64,000 nt of DNA from Kiritimatiellia bacterium (GTDB taxonomy: Bacteria; Verrucomicrobiota; Kiritimatiellia; RFP12; JBMNHG01): assembly GCA_050950285.1 (NCBI GenBank), contig JBMNHG010000011.1, forward strand, positions 186,001 through 250,000, given 5' to 3'. A model generated the notes under the pieces. The model ran no database searches. It was not told where the DNA came from and saw nothing but the letters and a program-made list of their open reading frames with translations. Made by a program: the position numbers and the translations under genes. This document shows, piece after piece, positions 40,237 to 50,657 of the stretch. How positions within the stretch are numbered: the first letter of the stretch is position 1; every line of letters starts with the position of its first letter.

Positions 40237-41565
40237 ATGAACGGGATGACGAAGCGGCATGCGCCGGACACTCCGGACGCCGCCCCCCGGGCTCTGCCGG
40301 GGACCGGGAGACGCCTCCCCCTCCGTGCCGCGATCGCGGTCACGGCGATGCTGGTGTTCGCCTGCGGTGCCGCCCGGGGGCAGTGGCTGGACGGCTGGCG
40401 CGAGACGGGACGCTCCGCGGGCGCGATGTCGCCGGCCGATTTCTGCGAGTTTCTCGACCGCTCCGCCGGCGTTGCGGATTCGGCGGACGCCGCACTCGCT
40501 CCATCCGCGGACGCGCGCGGGCTCCGGCAGTTCGTCTCGGATCCCAAGGGATACCTCCATCGGCATGGACTGGGCTGGACGCTGCTGCTCGCGATGCTGG
40601 CGGGAATCCTCCTCAACCTGACGCCCTGCGTGCTGCCCATGATTCCCGTGAACCTCGCGCTCATCGGCGCGGGCACGGAAGGCGCGACGCGCCGGCGCGG
40701 CGCAACGCTGGGCGGGGCCTACGGAGCCGGCATCGCCCTGGCCCACGGCATCCCCGGCGCCCTGCTCGTCGCGGCGGGCGGCGGCTTCCTGGGCGCACTC
40801 CAGTCTTCACCCTTTTTCAGCCTCGGCGCGGCGCTTTTCTTTCTTGTGCTGGGGCTGGCGCTGCTGGACGTCATCGTGATCGATCTGGCCCGCTGGCGCG
40901 GTACCGGCGGAGGCGCCACGAAGGGCCTCTTCGCCGCCGCGGCCGCCGGCGTGCTCTCCATGCTTCTCGCCAGCGCATGCGTCTCGCCGGTCGCCCTTGC
41001 GATGTTGTTGCTGGCGAGCGACCTCTATGCCTCCGGAATCCATGCCGCCGTCCTCCTCCCCTTCGCGCTCGGCCTCGGCATGGCCCTCCCTTGGCCCTTC
41101 CTTGGCGCGGGACTCGCGCGGATGCCGCGCCCCGGCGCGTGGATGCTCTGGGTGAAGCGCGCGTTCGCCTTGTTCGTGCTGCTCCTCGCCATCCACTATG
41201 CGCGCCTCGCATGGATCGGCTTCCGGAACAGCCCGGCAGCGGGAAAACCCGCCCGCATGGCCCGCGACGGCGCATCCCGTCCGATCGAGATCCAGGCGGG
41301 CGATGGCGACGCCTGGCATGCGGCGTTGCACGACGCCCATGCAGGAGGCCGCCCCGTCCTGGTCGATTTCGGAGCCTCCTGGTGCCGCAATTGCGGCACC
41401 ATGGACAAACGGCTCGAATCCGATCCCGACATCCGGGAACGCCTGCAAGGCTTCACCCTGCTTCGCGTGCGCGCCGAACGCCCGCGCGACCCCGCCCCGC
41501 GCCAGATGCTCGAAGACCTCAACGTGCTGGGACTCCCCACCTTCCTCGTCCTCCTGCCGGACTGA
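40237..41565 (+). CDS. DsbD/CcdA-like thiol:disulfide interchange protein with C-terminal thioredoxin
   Basis: LNLTPCVLPMIP, ASACVSP, PRPGAWM and VDFGASWCRNC motifs. Confidence 0.88.
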   Translation: MNGMTKRHAPDTPDAAPRALPGTGRRLPLRAAIAVTAMLVFACGAARGQWLDGWRETGRSAGAMSPADFCEFLDRSAGVADSADAALAPSADARGLRQFVSDPKGYLHRHGLGWTLLLAMLAGILLNLTPCVLPMIPVNLALIGAGTEGATRRRGATLGGAYGAGIALAHGIPGALLVAAGGGFLGALQSSPFFSLGAALFFLVLGLALLDVIVIDLARWRGTGGGATKGLFAAAAAGVLSMLLASACVSPVALAMLLLASDLYASGIHAAVLLPFALGLGMALPWPFLGAGLARMPRPGAWMLWVKRAFALFVLLLAIHYARLAWIGFRNSPAAGKPARMARDGASRPIEIQAGDGDAWHAALHDAHAGGRPVLVDFGASWCRNCGTMDKRLESDPDIRERLQGFTLLRVRAERPRDPAPRQMLEDLNVLGLPTFLVLLPD

Positions 41566-41753
41566 CATCCGTGGACGCGGCCAGCAAATGGCCCGACCCC
41601 TCTCGTGATGCCCTCGCGGTTCGCCCTTGCCGACACCTCGCCTGCGTGTCAAACTAACGTCCATCCTGCACCTGTAAGGAAACGTTCGTCCGTTCGCCGG
41701 CGGCCGATGCCGCGTCGGCTGTCGGTTGACGGAGGGTGCTCGAGGAATCGGCC

Positions 41754-43719
41754 ATGATATTCGATGATCTGCTGGGGTTGATGATCGGGCTGGGAATCAT
41801 CGCGATTCTCTTTGTGATTCCGGTGATCCTGCTGGTCCGCGTTTCGAGCCTGTGCCGCGGCGTGAAGGAGCTGCAACGGCGGCTCATCCGGCTGGAGGGG
41901 CGGCTGGACGAACCCGCAAAGCCCGCCGCGCCGCGCGCGGCGCCGCGCCGGCCCGGCCGAACCCATCCGGCAAGCGGCGCCCGAGCCCGGCCCCGTTCCC
42001 GCCGCTGCTCCGCCGCCCATACCGCAACCGTCGCGTGTGGCGCCCGCCCGTTCGGCCGACTCCGCGCCGCCGCAGGAGCGGAGCGCGGCCGGGCGCATCG
42101 TGGCCCGGGCATGGAATTGGCTCATCCTCGGCGAAGCGTACCGCAAGCCCGGCGAGTCGTGGGAGTATGCGGCGGCGACCCACTGGCTGCTGCGGGCGGG
42201 CATCCTGATCGTGCTCGCGGGCGTCGCCTTCTTCCTCAAGTATTCGATCGAGAAGGGCTTGATGGGGCCGCTCGGGCGCGTGGCCCTGTGCCTGGCGGCC
42301 GGCGTGGCGTTGATCGTGCTGGGCCTGCGCCTGCTCTTCAAGCGCTACCATCTGCTGGGCCAAGGCCTCGCCGGCGCGGGTTTCGTGATGCTCTATTTCG
42401 CCTTCTATGCGGCCTCGATCCTCTACCGCCTGATGCCCCAGCCCGCGGCCTTTGCCCTGATGGCCTGCGTGACCGCCGCGGCCGGCACCCTCGCGGTGCT
42501 CTACCGGTCGCTCGGCATCGCCCTGCTCGGCGTGGTCGGCGGCTACGCCACGCCGCTGATGATGGGCGGCGCCTCGGCGAATCCGCTCTTCTTCTACGCC
42601 TATGTGCTGGCGCTGGGCGTCGGCGTGCTCGGCATCTCGTGGGTGCGCCGCTGGCCGGTGCTGAACGGACTCGGCATGCTGGCGGCCTATGGGCTGTCGT
42701 TCCTCTTTTGCTCGCGCCACACGGAGGCCGGCCGGCTTTTCCACGACCTGCTCTTCACCTCGGGCATCCACCTGCTCTACCTGCTTTCGGTGGTCGCGCT
42801 GCACCTGCGCGCGCAACGCAAGACCGGCGCGTTCGAGTGGACCGCGCTCAGCCTCAACGCCGTGCTCTATTGGACATGGGCCTTCCTGCTCTTCAAGCCG
42901 GTCTTCGGACGCACGGGGACGGGGCTGGTCGCGCTCGCCGTGGCGGCGGTCTACGTGGCGCTGGTCTACGCCTGCATCCGCCGTACGGTGCTGGACCGCG
43001 CCGCGCTCGCGCTCTTTGTCGCGTTTGCGGCGGTCTTCCTGGCCATGAGCCCGGTCTTCATGCTGACGGCGCAGTGGCTGACCTTCGCCTGGTGCCTTCA
43101 AGCGCTGGCCATGCTCTGGATCGCGCGGCGCATCGGACAGCCCTTTCTCGCCAAGGCCGCCGTCGCGCTCTTTGCGCTGGCCAGCGCGCGCGGGCTGTTT
43201 GTCGATCTCCAATGCTTCTACGACACGTTGCGTCCCTGGAGTTTGACCGGCGCCGCCTTCTGGAAGGCGGCGGGCCTTCGCGCGCTGCTCTGCGGCGTGC
43301 TGCCCGTCACGCTGACCGTGGCGTGGCGTCTGGCGCGCACGCACCGGCATGCCGCCAAGATGCTGGGCCTGGTGCTGCTGCAAGCGTGGTTGCTGCTCAC
43401 CTTGGAAGCCGGATTGCTGGCGCGCGTGTTCGCGCCGGGATTCCGCGGCGGAGCCGTGACGCTGGCCTGGACCCTCTTCGCCTTCGCGCTGGTCTTCGCC
43501 GGGATCCGCCTGCGCGGGCGCTGGCTGCGCTGGTGCGGGCTGGCGCTCTTCGCGCTGGCGGTGGCCAAGCTGCTGTTCTTGGATCTCGTCGGCCTGGCCA
43601 CGCTCTACCGGATCATCGCCTTTGTCTCCACCGGCGTGCTGCTGGTGCTGGGATCGTTCGTGTATTTGACCTACAAACCCCTGTTCGAGACGGATGGACA
43701 CGCCGATCCCGACAGGTAG
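41754..43719 (+). pseudogene. DUF2339-family membrane protein interrupted by a +1 frameshift at about 41925-41960 (or a sequence error)
   Basis: The N-terminal TM and coiled coil (MIFDDLLG...LEGRLDEP) are in one frame. The Pro-rich linker and the DUF2339 body (WLLRAGILIV..FFLKYSIE...YRIIAFVSTGVLL) are in another. Confidence 0.7.
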
Positions 43720-43731
43720 GAGGGACCGTTC

Positions 43732-45117
43732 ATGCGCATGCTGTTTTGTGCGGGAGGATGTTGCTGCGCGGCTGCGCTGGGCCTGGCCGCTGCGGACGGC
43801 GCGCGGGTGACGCGCGCGATCCAGGGCGAGGCCGCCGCCACTGCGGTCGTCGCCGTGCCGCTGGACGAGCACGTGTTCGCCCACACGCAGCCGCAGTGGG
43901 CGGACCTTCGCGTGACCGAGGTCGGCGGGCGCGACATCCCGCGCGCGGTCGAGCCCGAGCGCGTCTACCGCTTCGAGGAGAGCCATGCCGAGCGGAAGGC
44001 GGTCCTCAAAGACATCGAGCAACTCCCCGACGGCGGGCTCGCCGTCGTGTGCGAACTGGAAGGCACCAACGCGCTCACGCTCACGCGCCTGACGGTGCGC
44101 ACGCCGCTGCGCGATTACGAGCAGAGCGTGACGGTCTCGATCCAGGGCGCGGACGGCACTTGGACGCCGTTGCGCGCCGCGGAACCGCTGTTCGACTACA
44201 GCCGCTACGCCGACGTGAAGAAAGAGAGCATCGTGCTGCCGAACCTCACCAACCGGCTCTTCAAGCTGGAAATCGCCCGCGCCGACGACACGGTGTTCTC
44301 GAACTACGCATCCCTGACCGAAGAGCACGACGCTTCGGAGGCCCGGCAGCGCACCTTCAGGCGCTACGACGTGGAACAACGGCCGTTCCGCATCGATGCC
44401 GTGCTCTTCCGCGACACCCGGCAGGTGGCGGTGGAAGGGGCGTTGCGCATCGAGCGGTCGGCCGTGCCGTCGTTCACGATCGAGGAGCAGCGCGACCGCA
44501 AGCAGACGGTGATCCTGATCGAGACCGCGCACTGGCCGCTGACCGGCCTCGCGCTGCTGCCCGAGCAGCAGAATTTCGACCGGAACATCACCGTGGCGTG
44601 CGAGGCGCCGGGCGGGTGGCGCCTGCTGGCCGCCGGGCGCCTGACGCGCGTGCGCCTGCCGGATACCGCGCCGGTCGAACGGTGCGAAATCGCGCTGCCC
44701 GAGACACGCGCGGCGCGGATGCGGGTGGTAATCGCGAACCACGACAACCCGCCGCTGACCTTCGCGCCGGACAGCGTGCGTGCCCTGCGCCAGGCGTACC
44801 GCGCGCTCTTCATCGCCGAGCCGGGCATGCGCTATGCGCTGGCCTACGGCGCGCCCGAAGCGGTGGAGGTGCCGGTTTACGAACAGAGCGTGCTGAGCTA
44901 CCTGCGCACCGGGCGGGGGGCGGAGGTCTGGCCGCTCGCCGCCGCGCCGGAAGGCGGACTCCATGTCGGCATCGCCGTGCGCGTGCGCCGCTTCCTCGTC
45001 CGGCACGGCCTGCCGCTCGTCTCGCTGGCGGTGATGGCCGTGCTGCTCCTCCTCGTCCTGCGCGCCGTGCGCCGCCTGCCGCCGCCGGAGTCCCCCGATA
45101 ACGGCGACCCGCCATAG
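43732..45117 (+). CDS. Secreted/membrane-anchored partner of DUF2339 (DUF3999-like)
   Basis: Signal peptide, ADLRV..GRDIP, IANHDNPPL, LAYG and a C-terminal TM; follows DUF2339. Confidence 0.6.
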   Translation: MRMLFCAGGCCCAAALGLAAADGARVTRAIQGEAAATAVVAVPLDEHVFAHTQPQWADLRVTEVGGRDIPRAVEPERVYRFEESHAERKAVLKDIEQLPDGGLAVVCELEGTNALTLTRLTVRTPLRDYEQSVTVSIQGADGTWTPLRAAEPLFDYSRYADVKKESIVLPNLTNRLFKLEIARADDTVFSNYASLTEEHDASEARQRTFRRYDVEQRPFRIDAVLFRDTRQVAVEGALRIERSAVPSFTIEEQRDRKQTVILIETAHWPLTGLALLPEQQNFDRNITVACEAPGGWRLLAAGRLTRVRLPDTAPVERCEIALPETRAARMRVVIANHDNPPLTFAPDSVRALRQAYRALFIAEPGMRYALAYGAPEAVEVPVYEQSVLSYLRTGRGAEVWPLAAAPEGGLHVGIAVRVRRFLVRHGLPLVSLAVMAVLLLLVLRAVRRLPPPESPDNGDPP

Positions 45118-45296
45118 ACGATCCGGCCGATCCGACGGATTTGGGCCGCTCCGCGCCCCTTCGCTTCGCGTTTGACGAGGTTGGACCCTTTTGCCCTTGC
45201 GCCACCGATTTCTTTCCGCCAGGTTTTTCAACGGGTTGCGTGATGTTTCACGCCATGCAAGGGAAGAATGCGGTTTGTCCGATGTGGGAAAACGAG

Positions 45297-46802
45297 ATGG
45301 CCGACAAGCCCCGGAAACAGATCAAAAACAGCGACAAGCGCCGATTTCCCGCCTTGTTCCGGGTTGGCGCGATGGCCATGGCCTGGGCGCTGGCCTTTTC
45401 GGCTTTTTCGTCGTTCTTGCACGAGGTCTTCCGGTCGACGAGCTTGGACATGGCCTTGCATTCCCAGATTTTGTGGAACCTGGCTCATGGCCGTTTCATG
45501 GAGACATCGCTTTTGCCGCATTCCTTTGCGGCGAACCATTTCTGGCCGGGCTTCTACCTGCTCGTTCCCGTCTACCAACTTTTCGGGGTCCATGGGATTC
45601 TCGCCTTGCAGTGCCTGACCGTCGCTTCGGGTGCGTTTGCCGCGTTCTGGCTTTCGCGGGACATCACGAAAAGCGACGCCTGGAGCTTGGCGCTGGCGCT
45701 CGCCTATCTGCTCCAGCCCACGCTGTCCGCCGGGGTGTTGTTCGACTGCCATCTGGAGTTGTTTTCGGTGCCGTTCGCGCTTTTCGCCTTGCTGGGCCTG
45801 CGCCGGAATCGGCCGTGGTTCTGGCTGTGCCTGCTTGTCTCCGTCGCCTTCTACGAAATTGTCGCCGTCGTGTTTTTCTTCCTGGGCCTTGGGCTTCTCC
45901 TGGTTCGTGGCAGACGTCGAACCGGCGGTTTGATCGCGCTGTTTTGCCTGATGTATCTTGGGATGGTGTTTTTTGTGGCGATGCCGCATTCCGGAGGCGG
46001 CACGATCCCGCATTGGGGACGCTATTCGCACTTGGGGCGCAATTTTGCGGAAGCCACGGCCAACGTGCTCCTCCATCCCCTTCGGTCGTTGTCGGGCGGC
46101 GTCACGCTCCGGGAGGTCGCCAAGCTGAGGTATCTGTTCCTTGCATTTGGGCTGCTCCCGCTTTTCAGCCTGAAGCACCTCCTGCCCGCCCTGCCGCTCG
46201 TGTTCGTTCTCCTCCTCAGCAACGTGGGCATCAATGCCGACATCCGTTATGGATACATGGCGCCTGTTCTGCCTTTCCTCTTTCTTTCGGCTGCACACGG
46301 GGTGGCGAAGCTGAAACGCGCGGGTTGGCTGGACCCGTGGCGTTTCAACCGATATGGCCCTTATGTCCTCGTCGCCTGTTCGGTTCTCGTTTGTGGCTAT
46401 TTCCAGGTCAAGCGACCGTTGCGGCGCGCCCCCTTCCGGGTGCGTTCGAATCTTGTGGAACTCCGCGCCGTGCGTGGACTCGTCCCCAAGGATGCCGGTT
46501 TGTCGGCCGACAACCATCTCGGCCCGCATTTTGCCGACCGTGCGCTCCTCCTCGTGACGCCTTCGACGAAACGAGGCGGCACTGCCGTGGACTACGTGCT
46601 GGCCGACTTGCGCGAGATGGAATTCAAGGATTCCCGGTGGTGGGAGGACATGAAAACAATGCTGCTCGACGGCGAGTACGGCCCCGTGTATTTTTCCAAC
46701 GATGTACTGCTCTTGCAGAGGGGCCACGAAAACGAGCCCTTGGCCCGGCAGGCTTTGGAGCGGATCGGGGCACGACAGCAAGCAGTTCGGCAACGGCACT
46801 AG
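45297..46802 (+). CDS. DUF2079-like GT-C membrane protein
   Basis: DMALHSQILWNLAHG...NHFWP...FDCHLE...RYSHLG pattern; AT-richer codon usage. Start is uncertain (45243-45297). Confidence 0.65.
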   Translation: MADKPRKQIKNSDKRRFPALFRVGAMAMAWALAFSAFSSFLHEVFRSTSLDMALHSQILWNLAHGRFMETSLLPHSFAANHFWPGFYLLVPVYQLFGVHGILALQCLTVASGAFAAFWLSRDITKSDAWSLALALAYLLQPTLSAGVLFDCHLELFSVPFALFALLGLRRNRPWFWLCLLVSVAFYEIVAVVFFFLGLGLLLVRGRRRTGGLIALFCLMYLGMVFFVAMPHSGGGTIPHWGRYSHLGRNFAEATANVLLHPLRSLSGGVTLREVAKLRYLFLAFGLLPLFSLKHLLPALPLVFVLLLSNVGINADIRYGYMAPVLPFLFLSAAHGVAKLKRAGWLDPWRFNRYGPYVLVACSVLVCGYFQVKRPLRRAPFRVRSNLVELRAVRGLVPKDAGLSADNHLGPHFADRALLLVTPSTKRGGTAVDYVLADLREMEFKDSRWWEDMKTMLLDGEYGPVYFSNDVLLLQRGHENEPLARQALERIGARQQAVRQRH

Positions 46803-47066
46803 ACCAAAAGCCGGGGCGGCGATGCAGAGTTGGGTATCGCCACAAAACATCTGCAGGGCATCGGCGCGAAGGGCGTCGCGGTGGTTTCGCGTTGCGTGTC
46901 GTGCGGGTTTTTGGTACGGTCCGCCGGTTTTCGATTCCGCGTTTCCGGCACAATGGGCTTCTTCCAGTTGTCGCGCAAGCTTCGGAACCGGTCTCGGCGG
47001 ACACGGGGGGTGTGACGGATCTTCCTGCTTTTGTCCGATTCCTCCATCCCGCATCGTTCCATCGCC

Positions 47067-48800
47067 ATGACCTTTCAGGACTTCCCTCTTTCGGAGCCGC
47101 TTCGCCGCGCCATCGCCGATCTCGGTTTTACCACGCCCACTCCGGTGCAGGAGAAGGTGATCCCGCATGTGCTCGAAGGAAGGCGCGACCTCATCGCGCT
47201 CGCCCAGACCGGAACCGGCAAGACGGCCGCCTTCGGCCTTCCGCTCCTCCAGGGCATGGATCCGGAGTCGCGCGAGATCCAGGCGTTGATCCTCAGCCCC
47301 ACCCGGGAGCTGTGCAACCAGATCGCGGCGGACTTCCGCGACTTTTCGCGCCACCTGCCCGCACTGCGCACCGTGCCTGTCTACGGCGGCGCTTCCATCG
47401 AGGCGCAGATCCGCGAGGTGGTGCGCGGCCCGCAGGTTCTCGTGGCCACCCCCGGGCGGCTGCTCGATCTGATCCGCCGCAAGAAGGTGCGCCTCGACCG
47501 CGTGCGCGACGTGGTGCTGGATGAAGCGGACGAGATGCTCGACATGGGCTTCCAGGAGGATCTCGAGGCCATCCTCGAGGCCGTGCCGGACGACGCCCGC
47601 ACGCTGCTCTTCTCCGCCACCATGCCCGCGCAGGTGGAGCGCATCGCCGGAACCTACCTGGAGAATCCGCTCCGCATCGTGGTTGGCACGCGCAACGCGG
47701 GCGCGGAGAACGTCCGCCACGAATACTGCCGCGTCCGCGCCAAGGACCGCTATCCGGCGCTTCGCCGCTTCCTCGACGCCACGCCGGGCTTCTACGGGAT
47801 CCTCTTCTGCCGGACCCGCCTCGAAACGCACGAGCTCGCCTCGAAACTGGCGAACGACGGGTACAATGCCGACGCGCTCCACGGCGACCTTTCGCAGCAG
47901 CAGCGCGACCGCGTGATGGACCGCTTCCGCCGCCGCCACCTGCAGATCCTCGTGGCCACGGACGTCGCCGCCCGCGGCCTGGACGTGGACGACCTCACCC
48001 ACGTGGTCCACTACAGCCTCCCCGAGGATCCCGGCCAGTACATCCATCGCAGCGGGCGCACCGGGCGCGCCGGCAAGACCGGCATCTCCCTTGCGATCGT
48101 GAACCTCCGCGAGGAGGGGAAGATCGCCTTCCTCGAACGGCAGCTCAAGCGCCCCTTCGCCTTGCGCCCCATCCCGTCCGGCGAGGAGGTGTGCGACGCG
48201 CGCCTCGCCGATCTCCTCGAACGCGTGAAGGCCATGGAGCCGGACGACGGACGTTTCGCGCCGCTGCTTCCGCGCCTCGACGCCCTCCTCGCCGAGATGC
48301 CCGCCGCCGAAATCCTCCGGCGCTTCTCCGCCCTCTGCCTCGGCGGGCTTCTCGACCGCTATCGCGACGCGCCCGACTTGAACGTGGCCTCCGCGCTTCC
48401 CCGCTCCCGCCGCGACCGTCCCTCCGCCCTTGTCGCCGAAGACGCGGCGGAAGACGCCCGCAGCGGCGCGCCGCGGCCCAAGCGGGCCGCCCGCGACGGC
48501 GAGGGCCGGCCGCCGGCACCCTTCGCCCGCCGGGGCGCGGCCCGGAACCGCGCGACGCAGGACGGCCCGGCGACGAAGATGACGGTGAACCTGGGGCGTC
48601 GCAACGGCTTTACGCCGCCGGATCTGCTGGGGATGCTCAACCGTGCGCTGGGCGGCGAACGCGTGGAGGTGGGGCGCATCGAAATCGGCCCGAGCCACAC
48701 GGCCTTCGACGTGCTGGGCAATCCCCCCAAGGCGCTCTTCGGGAAGCTTCCCCTTCCCGATTTCCGCGGCCGGCGCGTCTTCCTCCGCCGCATCGGCTAG
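47067..48800 (+). CDS. deaD: DEAD-box RNA helicase with DbpA-type RNA-binding domain (DeaD/CsdA-like)
   Basis: Q motif, AQTGTGKT, PTREL, DEADEM, FSAT, ARGLD and HRSGRTGRAG. Confidence 0.9.
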   Translation: MTFQDFPLSEPLRRAIADLGFTTPTPVQEKVIPHVLEGRRDLIALAQTGTGKTAAFGLPLLQGMDPESREIQALILSPTRELCNQIAADFRDFSRHLPALRTVPVYGGASIEAQIREVVRGPQVLVATPGRLLDLIRRKKVRLDRVRDVVLDEADEMLDMGFQEDLEAILEAVPDDARTLLFSATMPAQVERIAGTYLENPLRIVVGTRNAGAENVRHEYCRVRAKDRYPALRRFLDATPGFYGILFCRTRLETHELASKLANDGYNADALHGDLSQQQRDRVMDRFRRRHLQILVATDVAARGLDVDDLTHVVHYSLPEDPGQYIHRSGRTGRAGKTGISLAIVNLREEGKIAFLERQLKRPFALRPIPSGEEVCDARLADLLERVKAMEPDDGRFAPLLPRLDALLAEMPAAEILRRFSALCLGGLLDRYRDAPDLNVASALPRSRRDRPSALVAEDAAEDARSGAPRPKRAARDGEGRPPAPFARRGAARNRATQDGPATKMTVNLGRRNGFTPPDLLGMLNRALGGERVEVGRIEIGPSHTAFDVLGNPPKALFGKLPLPDFRGRRVFLRRIG

Positions 48801-48872
48801 CCGGGCCGGGCCGCACAGGCCACGCACGGCCGCGCGCCTGCGGCGTCGCGCTCTCTCTTCGGGAAGTGCCTC

Positions 48873-50234
48873 CTAGGCCTCCGCTTCCGCGAGGAAGGGG
48901 GCGAGGGCGCGTTCCGCGGCGGCGCGCCGTTCGGCGAGGAGATCGGGGGTGGCGGCTTCGAGGAGGAGGCGCACGTACGGCTCCGTGTTGGATTGCCTCA
49001 CGCTGATCCACCAGCCGGCAAATTCGATGCGGTATCCGTCGAAGTCCAACGTGCGCAGCGGCGCGCCGCAGGAGAGCGCATCGCGGCGGACCGCCTCGAT
49101 GGCGGCGTCCTTGTCGGAGACCGTGTAGTTGAGTTCCCCGGAGTTGGCGTAGCGGTCGAATGGCTTCACGAGGGCGGAAAGCGGCACGCCGCGCCGATGG
49201 GCCGCGGCGATTTCCCCGAGGGCCACGAGTGCGGCGAGCTCGCCGGAGTCGCACCAGAAGAAGTCGCGGAAGTAGTAGTGCCCGGCGAGTTCGCCGCCGA
49301 ACACGGCGCCCAGCTCGCGCATCTTCCGCTTGGCGTTGGCATGGCCCACCTTCCAGATCGCGGAGACCGCGCCGACCTCTTCGATGGCTTCGGTGACGCC
49401 GCGCGACGTGCGGATGTCCTGGAGGATCGTGGCGCCGGGGGATTCCCGGAGGAAGCGCTGCGCCATCACCGCGATCATCAAGTCCGGCCGCACGAAGTCG
49501 CCCCGCTCGTCGAGGACCATCATCCGGTCGGCATCGCCGTCGAAGAGGATCGCCACGTCGGCGCCGATGCGGCGGACGGTCTCGACGGCGGGGGCTCGTC
49601 CGGCGGCTTCGAAGGGGTTCGGCGGGTGGCTCGGGAAGGTGCCGTCCGGCGTGTCCGCCAGGAAGGTGGCGTCGGCGTCCGCGAAGAGGTCGCGGGCGGT
49701 GAGGGAGCCCATGCCGTCGGAGCAGTCGACCACGATCTTGAGCCCGGAGAGGTCGGGCAGCCAGCCGCGCAGGAAGGCGAGGAAGTCGGGGCGGAAGTCC
49801 ACCTGCGAGAGTCCGGCCGGACGTGCGGCGGGGGAGGGGAGGGTGCCCGCGCGGACGAGCCGCTCCAGCTCGGCAAGGCCGCTGTCGCCGCCGACGGGGA
49901 ACGCGCCGGCGCGTGAAATCTTCAGTCCGTTGCAGTTCGCGGGATTGTGCGAGGCGGTGATTTGCACGGAGAGGTCGTAGCCCTTGCGAGCGGTGGCGAA
50001 GTAGACCATCGGCGTGGAAGCGAGCCCCATGTCGTCCACGGCGCAACCGGATTCCAGGAGCCCTTCCACCAGGGCGTCGCGGAGCACGGGGGAGGAGACG
50101 CGCGCGTCGCGGCCGACCACGGCGCGTCCGGCGGGGACGACCCGCGTGAGGCAGCGTCCGATGCGATAGACGAGATCGGGCGTGACTTCGGTACCGAACT
50201 CGCCCCGGATGTCGTAGGCTTTGAAGGGAGTCAT
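48873..50234 (-). CDS. Phosphomannomutase/phosphoglucomutase
   Basis: FKAYDIRG, ITASHNP, FDGDADR, GGELAGHYY and VRQSNTEP motifs. Confidence 0.94.
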   Translation of the reverse strand: MTPFKAYDIRGEFGTEVTPDLVYRIGRCLTRVVPAGRAVVGRDARVSSPVLRDALVEGLLESGCAVDDMGLASTPMVYFATARKGYDLSVQITASHNPANCNGLKISRAGAFPVGGDSGLAELERLVRAGTLPSPAARPAGLSQVDFRPDFLAFLRGWLPDLSGLKIVVDCSDGMGSLTARDLFADADATFLADTPDGTFPSHPPNPFEAAGRAPAVETVRRIGADVAILFDGDADRMMVLDERGDFVRPDLMIAVMAQRFLRESPGATILQDIRTSRGVTEAIEEVGAVSAIWKVGHANAKRKMRELGAVFGGELAGHYYFRDFFWCDSGELAALVALGEIAAAHRRGVPLSALVKPFDRYANSGELNYTVSDKDAAIEAVRRDALSCGAPLRTLDFDGYRIEFAGWWISVRQSNTEPYVRLLLEAATPDLLAERRAAAERALAPFLAEAEA

Positions 50235-50242
50235 GGCGGCTC

Positions 50243-50608
50243 TCAATCCAGGATCACGATATAGCCGGGAATCCCTCCGTCGCGGAGGAGTTCGCCGGGG
50301 CTTATGCCGTTGGTGGCGCCGAAGGATTCCCGCCAGGCGGCGGCGCGGGAACGCTGGTGGTGCGACGCTCCGCCGATGCCGAGCAGCGCACCCACGAGGA
50401 GCGACGCCAGCATGGCCAGGATGAGGTTCACGGGGGTGATCATCCGCTTCGACGCGCGCTGGCGCACGTCCATCTCGTTGCGCCAGGCGTCGCGCTCCGA
50501 CTGGAGGCGGTCGCGCTCGAGGGAGAGGCGTTCGCGTTCCAGCTGCAGTTTCTCGCGTTCCAGCACGATGTCCGTGACGGTCGGGTCGGTTGACGGTTTC
50601 GCTTCCAT
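50243..50608 (-). CDS. Small coiled-coil protein with one TM helix, hypothetical
   Basis: LEREKLQLERERLSLER coiled coil, then a TM; promoter TTGCGC-17-TACACT lies 6 nt upstream. Confidence 0.65.
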   Translation of the reverse strand: MEAKPSTDPTVTDIVLEREKLQLERERLSLERDRLQSERDAWRNEMDVRQRASKRMITPVNLILAMLASLLVGALLGIGGASHHQRSRAAAWRESFGATNGISPGELLRDGGIPGYIVILD

Positions 50609-50657
50609 GGCGCCAGTGTAGCGGGGGCCACGCCGTTGCGCAACCCGAAACGAAAAT

